Shown here piece after piece: positions 1 to 7,748 of a DNA stretch of 64,000 nt (within the stretch, counting starts at the first letter, position 1; every line of letters begins with the position of its first letter). The DNA comes from Bacillota bacterium (lineage in GTDB: Bacteria; Bacillota_I; Bacilli_A; RF39; UBA660): assembly GCA_015059195.1 (NCBI GenBank), contig SVAW01000001.1, forward strand, positions 145,575 to 209,574. Direction: 5' to 3'. The notes below the pieces were generated by a model, which was not told the DNA's origin, did not search any database, and was given only the letters and a program-made list of their open reading frames with translations. The position numbers and the translations under genes are program-made.

Positions 1-1065
1 ATGGTACAAGCGTTTGAAACATTATTATTAAATTTGGAAAATAACTATCAAGAAAACAAAAAGTATTCAATAAGTATTGGATCTAATAATAGTGAAGATG
101 GCAAATTGGTGATGGGATGTTTTCTAAATGTTATTGGTAATTTGGATAGACTTAATAACGTAGTAACTATTTTTAAAGTTGGTGCCTTTACCAATGAAGA
201 AATATTAAATAAGGTGTCTACTTTGATTTCTGAAAATAAAAATATCGCAATATCTTTCATTGATTCTAGCTATAATAAAGATGATAAATATGATGTAGAA
301 TATTTCAGTAATGGAAAGCGAGTATTTGAAAATTATGTTTACGAAGAAAAGACTTCTCGCGGAAGAATGATAGTGGCATCTGTTTCTATAAATATGGGAA
401 GGCTAGGGTTTAAATACGGGGGAAAACCAATCGCAGAATTTTACACAGAATTAGACGAGTGGCTAGATACAGCCAAAAGTTGTTTAATTACAATTTTTGA
501 AATTATTGGCGATAAAAATAAGGAAAATTATAAAGTTTTATTCAATCACAACATTCAAGATGATGACAAGTTGGAAAGTGGTCAAAAGGTAAGGAAAATC
601 ATTAAAAAGGGAGTATTAAATCTAGAACTTGCAGGGTTGTCAGAATGTGTCTTAAATTTGGAAAACGATTCTGATAAGCAAAAAGAGTTATTATATGAAA
701 TCATTCAATATGTTAATAATAAGTGCCAAAAGTATACAAAAGAGGCAAAAATGAATTTTGTAGTTAGTGAAACAAGTAAATTAAGACCATTGCAAAAACT
801 AATGCAAATCGATAAATCTATTTATGGAATTAGAAAAAATGTTACAGATAAAGAATATTACTCTAGAATTGATAGTATGTTTGAGTTTAAAAATTCTATA
901 AAAGAAGATTTAAGTTATATTGGAAAATATCAAAAGATACTAACTGGTGGCAATTACTTTAAGTTTATGCTATCTGCGGACACAAAACCAAAAGACATTG
1001 TAGATATTATTAATGAGGCAAAGATACATGATGTTGGATTTATGAAATTTGGAGTAAAAAAATAA
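1..1065 (+). CDS. NrdD-like (class III ribonucleotide reductase-like) paralogue, C-terminal part; 5' end lies outside the window
   Basis: ORF is open to the window edge. Segments VASVSINMGRLGF..AEFYTELDEWLDTAK and LNLELAGLSECVL parallel GVVTINIPRIAYL..EFYTMLEQKMNIA and TIGLVGMNEACL of the full NrdD at 1777-4107. It ends DVGFMKFGV where NrdD has RITGYYRPV. No Zn-ribbon cysteines. Stop codon is 1 nt before nrdG. Confidence 0.45.
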   Translation: MVQAFETLLLNLENNYQENKKYSISIGSNNSEDGKLVMGCFLNVIGNLDRLNNVVTIFKVGAFTNEEILNKVSTLISENKNIAISFIDSSYNKDDKYDVEYFSNGKRVFENYVYEEKTSRGRMIVASVSINMGRLGFKYGGKPIAEFYTELDEWLDTAKSCLITIFEIIGDKNKENYKVLFNHNIQDDDKLESGQKVRKIIKKGVLNLELAGLSECVLNLENDSDKQKELLYEIIQYVNNKCQKYTKEAKMNFVVSETSKLRPLQKLMQIDKSIYGIRKNVTDKEYYSRIDSMFEFKNSIKEDLSYIGKYQKILTGGNYFKFMLSADTKPKDIVDIINEAKIHDVGFMKFGVKK

Positions 1066-1066
1066 A

Positions 1067-1759
1067 ATGATAATCAGTGGTTTTCAGAAACTAACATTAG
1101 TAGATTATCCAGAACACATGGCTTGTTTAGTTTTTACTCAAGGCTGCAACTTTAGATGTCCATTTTGCCATAATAAGGAGTTAATTGAAGGTTTTGATAG
1201 TAAAAATGAAATAAGTGAAGATGAGATTTTTCAGTATTTAGATAAAAGAAAGGGTTTAATAGATGGTGTGTGTATCACTGGTGGAGAACCATTATTACAA
1301 AAAGATATCGCATTATTTATGAAATGTGTTAAAGATAAAGGGTACAAAATTAAACTAGATACTAATGGAAGTAAACCAGAAGTGTTAAAAAAAATAATTG
1401 ACGCAGGATTAGTTGATTATGTTGCGATGGATATCAAAAATTCATTTGACGGTTATGGCATTACTTCAGGAATAGACAATTTAGATATTAGTAATATTAA
1501 AAAAAGTATTGAGGTTTTAAAGAATTCAAACATTGATTATGAATTTAGAACAACAATAGTAAAAGAGTTACACAACTTTGATAAAATTCATGAGATTATT
1601 TCATATTTGGGGTCAGATGTTAAATATTATCTTCAAAATTATCGAGATTGTGAAACTGTATTAGTTAGGGGATTCCACGGTTTTGAAAGAAAAGAACTAT
1701 TGGATATAAAAAATCAATTAAATAAAGATTATCCTAATGTAAAGGTTAGAGGTATATAG
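1067..1759 (+). CDS. nrdG: anaerobic ribonucleoside-triphosphate reductase activating protein (radical SAM)
   Basis: CNFRCPFCHN radical-SAM CxxxCxxC motif, GGEPLL SAM-binding motif, ~230 aa, located immediately upstream of nrdD. Confidence 0.9.
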   Translation: MIISGFQKLTLVDYPEHMACLVFTQGCNFRCPFCHNKELIEGFDSKNEISEDEIFQYLDKRKGLIDGVCITGGEPLLQKDIALFMKCVKDKGYKIKLDTNGSKPEVLKKIIDAGLVDYVAMDIKNSFDGYGITSGIDNLDISNIKKSIEVLKNSNIDYEFRTTIVKELHNFDKIHEIISYLGSDVKYYLQNYRDCETVLVRGFHGFERKELLDIKNQLNKDYPNVKVRGI

Positions 1760-1776
1760 TAGAAAGAGGTAGAATT

Positions 1777-4107
1777 ATGTATAAAGTAAGAAAAAGAGAA
1801 GGTAAAATAGTTCCTTTTGATTTAAAGAAAATCACAGAAGCTATCACTAAGGCTTTTGAAGCAGAAAACAAAAAATATGATGAAGATGTAATCGATTTTT
1901 TAGGCTTAAAGGTTACTGCTGATTTTGAGCCAAAAGTTGTAGACAACATTATCAACGTTGAAGATATTCAAGATAGCGTTGAACAAGTATTAATTAAAGC
2001 TGGCTATGCAGAGGTTGCTAAAGCATATATCTTATATCGTCGCTTGCATGACAAAATGAGAAATATGAAATCAACTGTATTGGACTATAAAGATGTGGTT
2101 AATAGTTATGTTAATGTAACAGATTGGAGAGTAAAAGAAAACTCGACTGTAACCTATTCAGTTGGAGGACTTATTTTAAGTAACTCCGGAGCAATTACTG
2201 CTAATTATTGGCTAAGTGAAGTTTATGATGATGAAATTGCTGATGCACATCGTAATTGTGATTTACACTTGCACGATTTATCGATGCTGACAGGATATTG
2301 TGCGGGATGGAGTTTAAAGCAATTAATTCAAGATGGACTAGGCGGAATACCAGGAAAAATCACATCATCTCCAGCAAAACATTTATCAACATTGTGTAAT
2401 CAAATGGTAAATTTCCTAGGAATTATGCAAAATGAATGGGCCGGAGCACAAGCATTCTCATCATTTGATACTTATTTGGCTCCGTTTGTCAGAATTGATA
2501 ATTTAGATTATAAACAAACAAAACAATGTATTCAATCTTTTGTCTATGGGGTTAATACTCCAAGTCGCTGGGGAACACAAGCACCTTTCACAAACATTAC
2601 CCTAGATTGGACAGTGCCAAATGATCTTGCAGAACTTAACTGTATTGTTGGTGGAAAAGAAGTAGATTTTAAATATAAAGACTGCCAAAAAGAAATGGAT
2701 ATGATTAATAAAGCATTTATTGAAACGATGATTGAGGGAGATGCAAATGGACGTGGTTTCCAATATCCAATTCCAACATATTCAATTACTAAAGATTTTG
2801 ATTGGTCTGATAATGAAAATAATAAGTTATTATTTGAAATGACTGCCAAATATGGAACACCATATTTCTCAAATTATATTAATAGCGATATGGAACCAAG
2901 TGATGTTCGTAGTATGTGCTGTCGTTTAAGATTAGACTTAAGAGAATTAAGAAAAAAATCTGGAGGATTCTTTGGCAGCGGTGAATCAACAGGTTCAATT
3001 GGTGTTGTAACAATCAACATTCCAAGAATCGCATATTTAGCTAAAAATGAAAAAGAATTCTATACTATGCTAGAACAAAAAATGAATATTGCAGCTCGCA
3101 GTTTAAAAATTAAGAGAAATGTAATTACTAAGTTATTAGAAGAAGGATTATATCCATATACAAGAAGATATTTAGGTACATTTAACAATCATTTTTCTAC
3201 AATTGGATTAGTAGGTATGAATGAGGCTTGCTTAAATGCAAATTGGATAGGAAAAGACTTAACTAATGAAGAAGCTCAAGAATTTACTAAAAATGTCTTA
3301 AACTTTATGCGAGAAAAATTATCTGACTATCAAGAAGAGTATGGAGATTTATATAACTTAGAAGCTACCCCTGCTGAATCTACCACATATCGCTTTGCTA
3401 AAAAAGACAAGAGTCTATATCCAAACATTATTACGGCTGCTGAAAATGACGAGACTCCATTCTATACAAACAGTTCTCACTTGCCAGTAGGGTATACAGA
3501 AGATATTTTTGAGGCACTAGACATTCAAGATGAATTACAAACTCTATATACTTCTGGAACTGTATTCCATGCATTCTTAGGGGAAAGATTAGAAGATTGG
3601 AAAGCGGCTGCTAATTTAGTGAAAAAAATCGCCACAAACTATCGCCTTCCATATTATACACTGTCACCAATTTATTCTGTTTGTAAAAATCATGGATATA
3701 TTAATGGTGAGGTTTCTAAGTGCCCAAAATGTAATGAAGAAACAGAAATTTATAGTAGAATAACTGGATACTATCGTCCTGTTAAGAATTGGAATGATGG
3801 AAAAGCCCAAGAATATAAAAAGAGAAAAGCTTATGATTTAAATTGTTCTAAGGGGAAGGAAGAAAAACATGAAGATGGTATTATGCTGTTTGGAACTAAA
3901 ACTTGCCCAAACTGTAAAGCAGCAAGCAAATTATTAGAAAAAGAAGAAATCGTATATACATTTGTAGATGCAGAGGAACAACAAGAATTAACGAAAAAAT
4001 ATTCAGTAAGACAAGCACCAACATTAGTAGTGGTTAAAGATGGTGAAGCTACTAACATTGTCAATCTATCAAACATTAAAAAATTTATAGAAGAAGTTAA
4101 GAAATAG
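1777..4107 (+). CDS. nrdD: anaerobic (class III) ribonucleoside-triphosphate reductase with N-terminal ATP-cone and C-terminal glutaredoxin/NrdH-like redoxin domain
   Basis: ATP-cone-like start MYKVRKREGKIVPFD; SMCCRLRLD block; Zn-ribbon CPKCNEE plus glycyl-radical motif RITGYYRPV. There are ~85 extra C-terminal residues with a Trx fold and CPNC motif (LFGTKTCPNCKAASKLL...APTLVV). Confidence 0.9.
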   Translation: MYKVRKREGKIVPFDLKKITEAITKAFEAENKKYDEDVIDFLGLKVTADFEPKVVDNIINVEDIQDSVEQVLIKAGYAEVAKAYILYRRLHDKMRNMKSTVLDYKDVVNSYVNVTDWRVKENSTVTYSVGGLILSNSGAITANYWLSEVYDDEIADAHRNCDLHLHDLSMLTGYCAGWSLKQLIQDGLGGIPGKITSSPAKHLSTLCNQMVNFLGIMQNEWAGAQAFSSFDTYLAPFVRIDNLDYKQTKQCIQSFVYGVNTPSRWGTQAPFTNITLDWTVPNDLAELNCIVGGKEVDFKYKDCQKEMDMINKAFIETMIEGDANGRGFQYPIPTYSITKDFDWSDNENNKLLFEMTAKYGTPYFSNYINSDMEPSDVRSMCCRLRLDLRELRKKSGGFFGSGESTGSIGVVTINIPRIAYLAKNEKEFYTMLEQKMNIAARSLKIKRNVITKLLEEGLYPYTRRYLGTFNNHFSTIGLVGMNEACLNANWIGKDLTNEEAQEFTKNVLNFMREKLSDYQEEYGDLYNLEATPAESTTYRFAKKDKSLYPNIITAAENDETPFYTNSSHLPVGYTEDIFEALDIQDELQTLYTSGTVFHAFLGERLEDWKAAANLVKKIATNYRLPYYTLSPIYSVCKNHGYINGEVSKCPKCNEETEIYSRITGYYRPVKNWNDGKAQEYKKRKAYDLNCSKGKEEKHEDGIMLFGTKTCPNCKAASKLLEKEEIVYTFVDAEEQQELTKKYSVRQAPTLVVVKDGEATNIVNLSNIKKFIEEVKK

Positions 4108-4116
4108 GTAATATTT

Positions 4117-5013
4117 ATGTATGATGTTATTGTAATTGGGTGTGGGCCTGCAGGAATGACTTCCGCAATATATGCTGCACGTGCTAATAAAAAAGTATTA
4201 ATATTAGAAAAAGAAACGATAGGAGGGCAGATGGCATCTGCCCCTTTAATTGAAAATTACCCAGGATATAGTAGTATTAGTGGTAGTGAGCTTGCTAGCA
4301 AGATGTTTGACCAGATTATGGAATTAGATGTAGACTTTGAATTAGAAGAAGTAACTGTGATAATAGACGGCAAAGTAAAAAAAGTCGTTACTGATTCAAA
4401 TACATATGATACTAAAACCATAATTGTTGCTACAGGCTCTAAATATCGTTTATTAGGTTTAGAAAATGAAGAAGATTTGATAGGTAAAGGAATTCATTTT
4501 TGTACTTCTTGTGATGGAATATTTTTTAAAGATAAAACAGTTGCGGTCATTGGTGGAGGTAACAGTGCTGTTATTAATGCTATTACTATGTCAGATATTT
4601 GTAAAAAAGTATATGTTATTCAAAACCTTGAAAAGTTAACTGCTGAGAATATTTTAATAGATAAACTCAATCGAAAAGATAATGTAGAAATTATTACAAG
4701 CGCCACAGTAAAAAAGATAAACGGGGAAGATATTCTAACAGGTATTGTTATTGAGATTCTAAAAGAAGAAAAAGAAATTTTATTGGATGGTATGTTTATT
4801 TCAATCGGATTAGTTCCACAAAGTGAATTAGTAAAAAATGTTTTAAATATTAATCAGTACGGTTATATTGAATCAAATAATTGTAAAACAGATATCCAAG
4901 GAATCTTTGTTGCAGGTGATTGCCGCGATAAGGCATTTAGACAAATTACTATTTCAACAAGTGATGGGACAGTTGCCGCAACAGAAGCCATTAATTATCT
5001 AAATAATAATTGA
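4117..5013 (+). CDS. trxB: thioredoxin reductase-like flavoprotein (low-Mr TrxR family) lacking the NADPH 2'-phosphate-binding arginines
   Basis: FAD motif GCGPAG, redox pair CTSC (canonical CATC), second dinucleotide motif GGGNSA, C-terminal GDCRD. At the position of HRRDxxR the sequence is IQNLEKL. Confidence 0.85.
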   Translation: MYDVIVIGCGPAGMTSAIYAARANKKVLILEKETIGGQMASAPLIENYPGYSSISGSELASKMFDQIMELDVDFELEEVTVIIDGKVKKVVTDSNTYDTKTIIVATGSKYRLLGLENEEDLIGKGIHFCTSCDGIFFKDKTVAVIGGGNSAVINAITMSDICKKVYVIQNLEKLTAENILIDKLNRKDNVEIITSATVKKINGEDILTGIVIEILKEEKEILLDGMFISIGLVPQSELVKNVLNINQYGYIESNNCKTDIQGIFVAGDCRDKAFRQITISTSDGTVAATEAINYLNNN

Positions 5014-5110
5014 TAAGCTGAACAAGAAATAGTAGAATTAAAATAGACAAGGGAGTAAGATAGTATGGTTAGAGTAATTACAAAAAACAAGTTAACAAAA
5101 ATAACCACCT

Positions 5111-5119
5111 GGGGGGGGG
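5111..5119 (+). repeat. G9 homopolymer inside leader uORF (copy 1)
   Basis: Counted directly: cct ggggggggg attt. Same relative position as the tracts in copies 2 and 3. Confidence 0.9.
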
Positions 5120-5154
5120 ATTTAAGTAACCATACTATAACTAGCAAAATAAAT

Positions 5155-5211
5155 AAACACGAAAGAATTTTAGAAAATCCATCGTTCTAAAATTTGTTTT
5201 CGTGTTTTTTG
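5155..5211 (+). terminator. leader intrinsic terminator, copy 1
   Basis: AAACACGAAA-g-AATTTTAGAA / loop AATCCATCG / TTCTAAAATT-tgt-TTTCGTGTTT followed by a T-run. Confidence 0.7.
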
Positions 5212-5243
5212 TATGCCTTGTTAAGAATAGGAGGAGAAAAAAA

Positions 5244-5714
5244 GAAGTAGGAGCAGAGTACAATTGTAACTTAGGAGATAGAGATAGAACATTCTATGTA
5301 TTAGAAGCAGGAACAAGTAGCAAACCAGCAACATTAATACTAGAAGGAAATTATGATATAACAGCTCAAAGCTGGACAAATGCCAACACAGTAAAATTAG
5401 ATGAAATAGCTGAAGTATGGACAGAGCTAGATAGAAGTCAACTAGGACTTCCAAGTGCTGGTCAACTTGCAGCAGCATCTAATATTTCTTTGGAGGATTT
5501 CACAAAAGGCTCACAAATTAGTAGCTGGCTATATAGTTATCCTGGCCATGAAGATTGGGTAGCTATTGGACCGGTATATGGATACTGGACATCTACTCTT
5601 GATGCAGAGAGCTCTGGCCAGGCGTATCGTGTGTATGCTGATGGGACCCCTGGTTTTGCTAATGTGGATGATGATTATATTGGGGTTCGCCCAGTAATTT
5701 TATTAGGAGTTTAA
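5244..5714 (+). pseudogene. 5'-truncated type IV pilin-like paralogue (C-terminal cassette only; no start codon, no prepilin leader)
   Basis: nt 5244-5350 differ from 32167-32273 at only ~4 positions (EVGAEYNCNLGDRDRTFYVLEAGTSSKPATLILEGNYD). The SD is retained, but the ATG of the intact copies is replaced (aggaggagaaaaaAAgaag versus aggaggagaaaaaGATGaag). The frame stays open for 156 codons and ends with the family motif GYWTST...GVRPVILLGV. The track start at 5202 is a GTG inside the terminator stem. Confidence 0.7.
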
Positions 5715-5719
5715 AAATG

Positions 5720-5744
5720 AAATGGGATTCCCCATTTTATTTTT
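5720..5744 (+). terminator. intrinsic terminator after the truncated pilin cassette
   Basis: AAATGGG-attc-CCCATTT followed by TATTTTT. Confidence 0.6.
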
Positions 5745-5772
5745 GTTTAAAATATCAAATAGATGTGATAGA

Positions 5773-6270
5773 ATGTTAATAGGGTGGTTTGAAGTGGTAG
5801 CAAACAAATTAGGAATTATAAATTATGAAAGATTAGAACAAATCGAAAATAAAATTGTTTCTGTGAAGATAGAACTATTAGATGAAAATAGTAATTTTAA
5901 TATGACTGATTTAAATTTGGAGTTTTTAATTAGGATTCATAAATTTTTGTTTGGAGATATATACTATGATGATTATCTGGCACCGCGCACACTAAATCCT
6001 GATGAATTTGAAAAAGTCCATTCAATATTTGAATTGCTAGTTCAAATAGGTGCTTTTAGACAGAATTTAGAATTAATACCGGAGCTATTTATAAGACTAT
6101 GGGAAATGCAAATATTTAGAGATGGTAACACTAGAACTCTATATGCATTTTTAAAAATCTATGTTGCTGGATATCAATTGCCAATAGAATATAAAAAAGA
6201 TTTAAATATATCATCAGGTAAAAGCTTTGTATTAAATATGTGTCAACAAAAAATAGTTGACAACATATAA
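5773..6270 (+). CDS. Fic/DOC-family-like protein with degenerate active-site motif
   Basis: IHKFLFGDIY and QIFRDGNTRTLYAFL align with the Fic core (HPFxDGNGRxxR) but with H->Q, P->I and G->T. Start is uncertain: the ATG at 5722 lies inside a terminator, so 5773 or a downstream GTG is more likely. Confidence 0.5.
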   Translation: MLIGWFEVVANKLGIINYERLEQIENKIVSVKIELLDENSNFNMTDLNLEFLIRIHKFLFGDIYYDDYLAPRTLNPDEFEKVHSIFELLVQIGAFRQNLELIPELFIRLWEMQIFRDGNTRTLYAFLKIYVAGYQLPIEYKKDLNISSGKSFVLNMCQQKIVDNI

Positions 6271-6309
6271 TGGTTGTGGTATTATGTATAAGGAAAACGG
6301 AGGTGCTTT

Positions 6310-6594
6310 ATGGCAGTTAAATTAAGATTAAAAAGAATGGGAGCTAAAAAAAGACCTTTCTACCGTGTTGTAGCAGCTGATTCAAGAGGACCAAGAGATG
6401 GAAAATTTATTGAATTGATTGGTACTTATAATCCAATTACAGAACCAGCGGAAATCAAAATAGATGAAGAAAAAGCTATGAAATGGTTAAGAAATGGAGC
6501 TGAACCAACTGATACAGTTAGAGATCTTTTAAAACGTCAAGGAATTATTGAAAAATTCCATAATGAAAGAATGGCTAAAAAAGAAGGTAAATAA
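6310..6594 (+). CDS. rpsP: 30S ribosomal protein S16
   Basis: [26 protein letters not shown]; SD GGAGG upstream. Confidence 0.95.
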   Translation: MAVKLRLKRMGAKKRPFYRVVAADSRGPRDGKFIELIGTYNPITEPAEIKIDEEKAMKWLRNGAEPTDTVRDLLKRQGIIEKFHNERMAKKEGK

Positions 6595-6596
6595 TT

Positions 6597-6839
6597 ATGA
6601 AATTAGTTGAGTTAACAGAATTTCTAGTTAAAAATTTAGTACGTGATCCAGAATCGGTTTCAGTAAGAGAAATTAGTGATGATGAAGAAATAATTATTGA
6701 AGTATTAGTTTCAGAAGATGAGATAGGTGCTGTAATCGGTAAGGGTGGAAGTATTGCTAATGCTATTAGAACTTTAGTATATGCATCATCCTATGTAAAT
6801 GGAGGAAAGAAAGTAAGAATTAATATTGATTCTATTTAA
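6597..6839 (+). CDS. khpA: KH-domain RNA-binding protein (YlqC/KhpA family)
   Basis: 80 aa, GxxG KH motif (IGKGGSIANAIR), conserved position directly after rpsP. Confidence 0.8.
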   Translation: MKLVELTEFLVKNLVRDPESVSVREISDDEEIIIEVLVSEDEIGAVIGKGGSIANAIRTLVYASSYVNGGKKVRINIDSI

Positions 6840-6860
6840 GAATATTAATTCTTTTTTTGT
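6838..6860 (+). terminator. intrinsic terminator after rpsP-khpA
   Basis: AAGAAT-atta-ATTCTT followed by T5. Confidence 0.55.
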
Positions 6861-6938
6861 TTTTGTATTGTTTTTGATTAAAAAAATGACTATTATGATA
6901 TAATTAAAATGTAGTATATAAACAATTTGGAGGTAAGT

Positions 6939-7739
6939 ATGAAAAAAAGATTTATTAGCGCTATTATAATGTTAGTTGTTTTTATTCCTTTATTGATATT
7001 AGGGGGTTCACTTTTTAATTTTGGTGTTTATATTGTTTCACTTTTGGCGTTACGTGAGTTTATAAATATAAAAAATGATAAGAAATATATTCCTTCTTTT
7101 ATTAAACTTATTTCATATATCATTTTAACTTTATTAATTCTTACTAATTCGCAGTTAAAAGAATTAACTTTCTCGATTGATTATCGTGTATTAGCAGCTT
7201 TATTTATTTCATATTTATTACCTACTGTTCTATATCATGATAGAGAAAAATATAGTGTTAATGATGCTTTTTATTTAATTGGTGGAGTATTGTTTTTAGG
7301 TATTTCGATGTCATTATTAATTTTAATTAGAAGTACTAATTTGGCTCTTTTAGTATATTTATTTTTAATTGCAATAATTACAGATACATATGCTTATATC
7401 GTAGGAAATTTAATTGGAAAACACAAAATGCTTGAGGTGATTTCTCCTAAGAAAACATGGGAAGGAATGATTGGTGGTACAGTATTTGCGATTATCTTTG
7501 GAACAGTATTTTTTCATTTATTTGTTTCCAATACTATGCCAGTCTTTGCAGTCATGATCATAACTTTATTCCTATCTATTTTGGCTCAATTTGGAGATTT
7601 AGTATTTTCCGCAATAAAAAGATATTTTGGTAAAAAAGATTTTTCTAATTTAATTAGTGGTCATGGTGGAGTACTAGATAGATTAGATAGTGTGATTTTT
7701 GTGCTATTGGGTTTTATATTTTTTATGTTTTTAATATAG
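6939..7739 (+). CDS. cdsA: phosphatidate cytidylyltransferase
   Basis: Multi-TM protein with C-terminal CTP-transferase signature SAIKRYFGKKDFSNLISGHGGVLDRLDS. SD GGAGG precedes ATG 6939. Confidence 0.85.
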   Translation: MKKRFISAIIMLVVFIPLLILGGSLFNFGVYIVSLLALREFINIKNDKKYIPSFIKLISYIILTLLILTNSQLKELTFSIDYRVLAALFISYLLPTVLYHDREKYSVNDAFYLIGGVLFLGISMSLLILIRSTNLALLVYLFLIAIITDTYAYIVGNLIGKHKMLEVISPKKTWEGMIGGTVFAIIFGTVFFHLFVSNTMPVFAVMIITLFLSILAQFGDLVFSAIKRYFGKKDFSNLISGHGGVLDRLDSVIFVLLGFIFFMFLI

Positions 7740-7748
7740 GAGGAACAT

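Larger units (their letters stand above)
5036..5236 (+). promoter_or_regulatory. pilin-leader element, copy 1 (uORF with G9 tract, then intrinsic terminator, then SD); uORF is in the long frame
   Basis: Near-identical to 23172-23384 and 31511-31721. SD GGGAG plus ATG 5065; G9 at 5111-5119. The uORF 5065-5190 (41 aa) reads through the terminator 5' arm and loop and stops at TAA 5188-5190 in the 3' arm. The -10 TAAAAT (5039-5044) is retained but there is no good -35. Confidence 0.6.

Noticed and set aside
5202-5714. Track ORF of 170 aa starting at GTG 5202, taken as an intact gene
   Set aside because: The GTG lies inside the 3' arm and T-run of the leader terminator and has no SD. The first 14 codons are translated leader and SD sequence. 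Homology to the pilin paralogues begins only at ~5244, so it is treated as a start-less cassette.
5244-5714. Diversity-generating retroelement (template repeat/variable repeat) explanation for the variable YWTS...VRPV tails
   Set aside because: There is no reverse transcriptase gene in the window. The copies differ by indels and by substitutions at all four bases, not by adenine-specific changes across an otherwise identical ~100-150-nt repeat.
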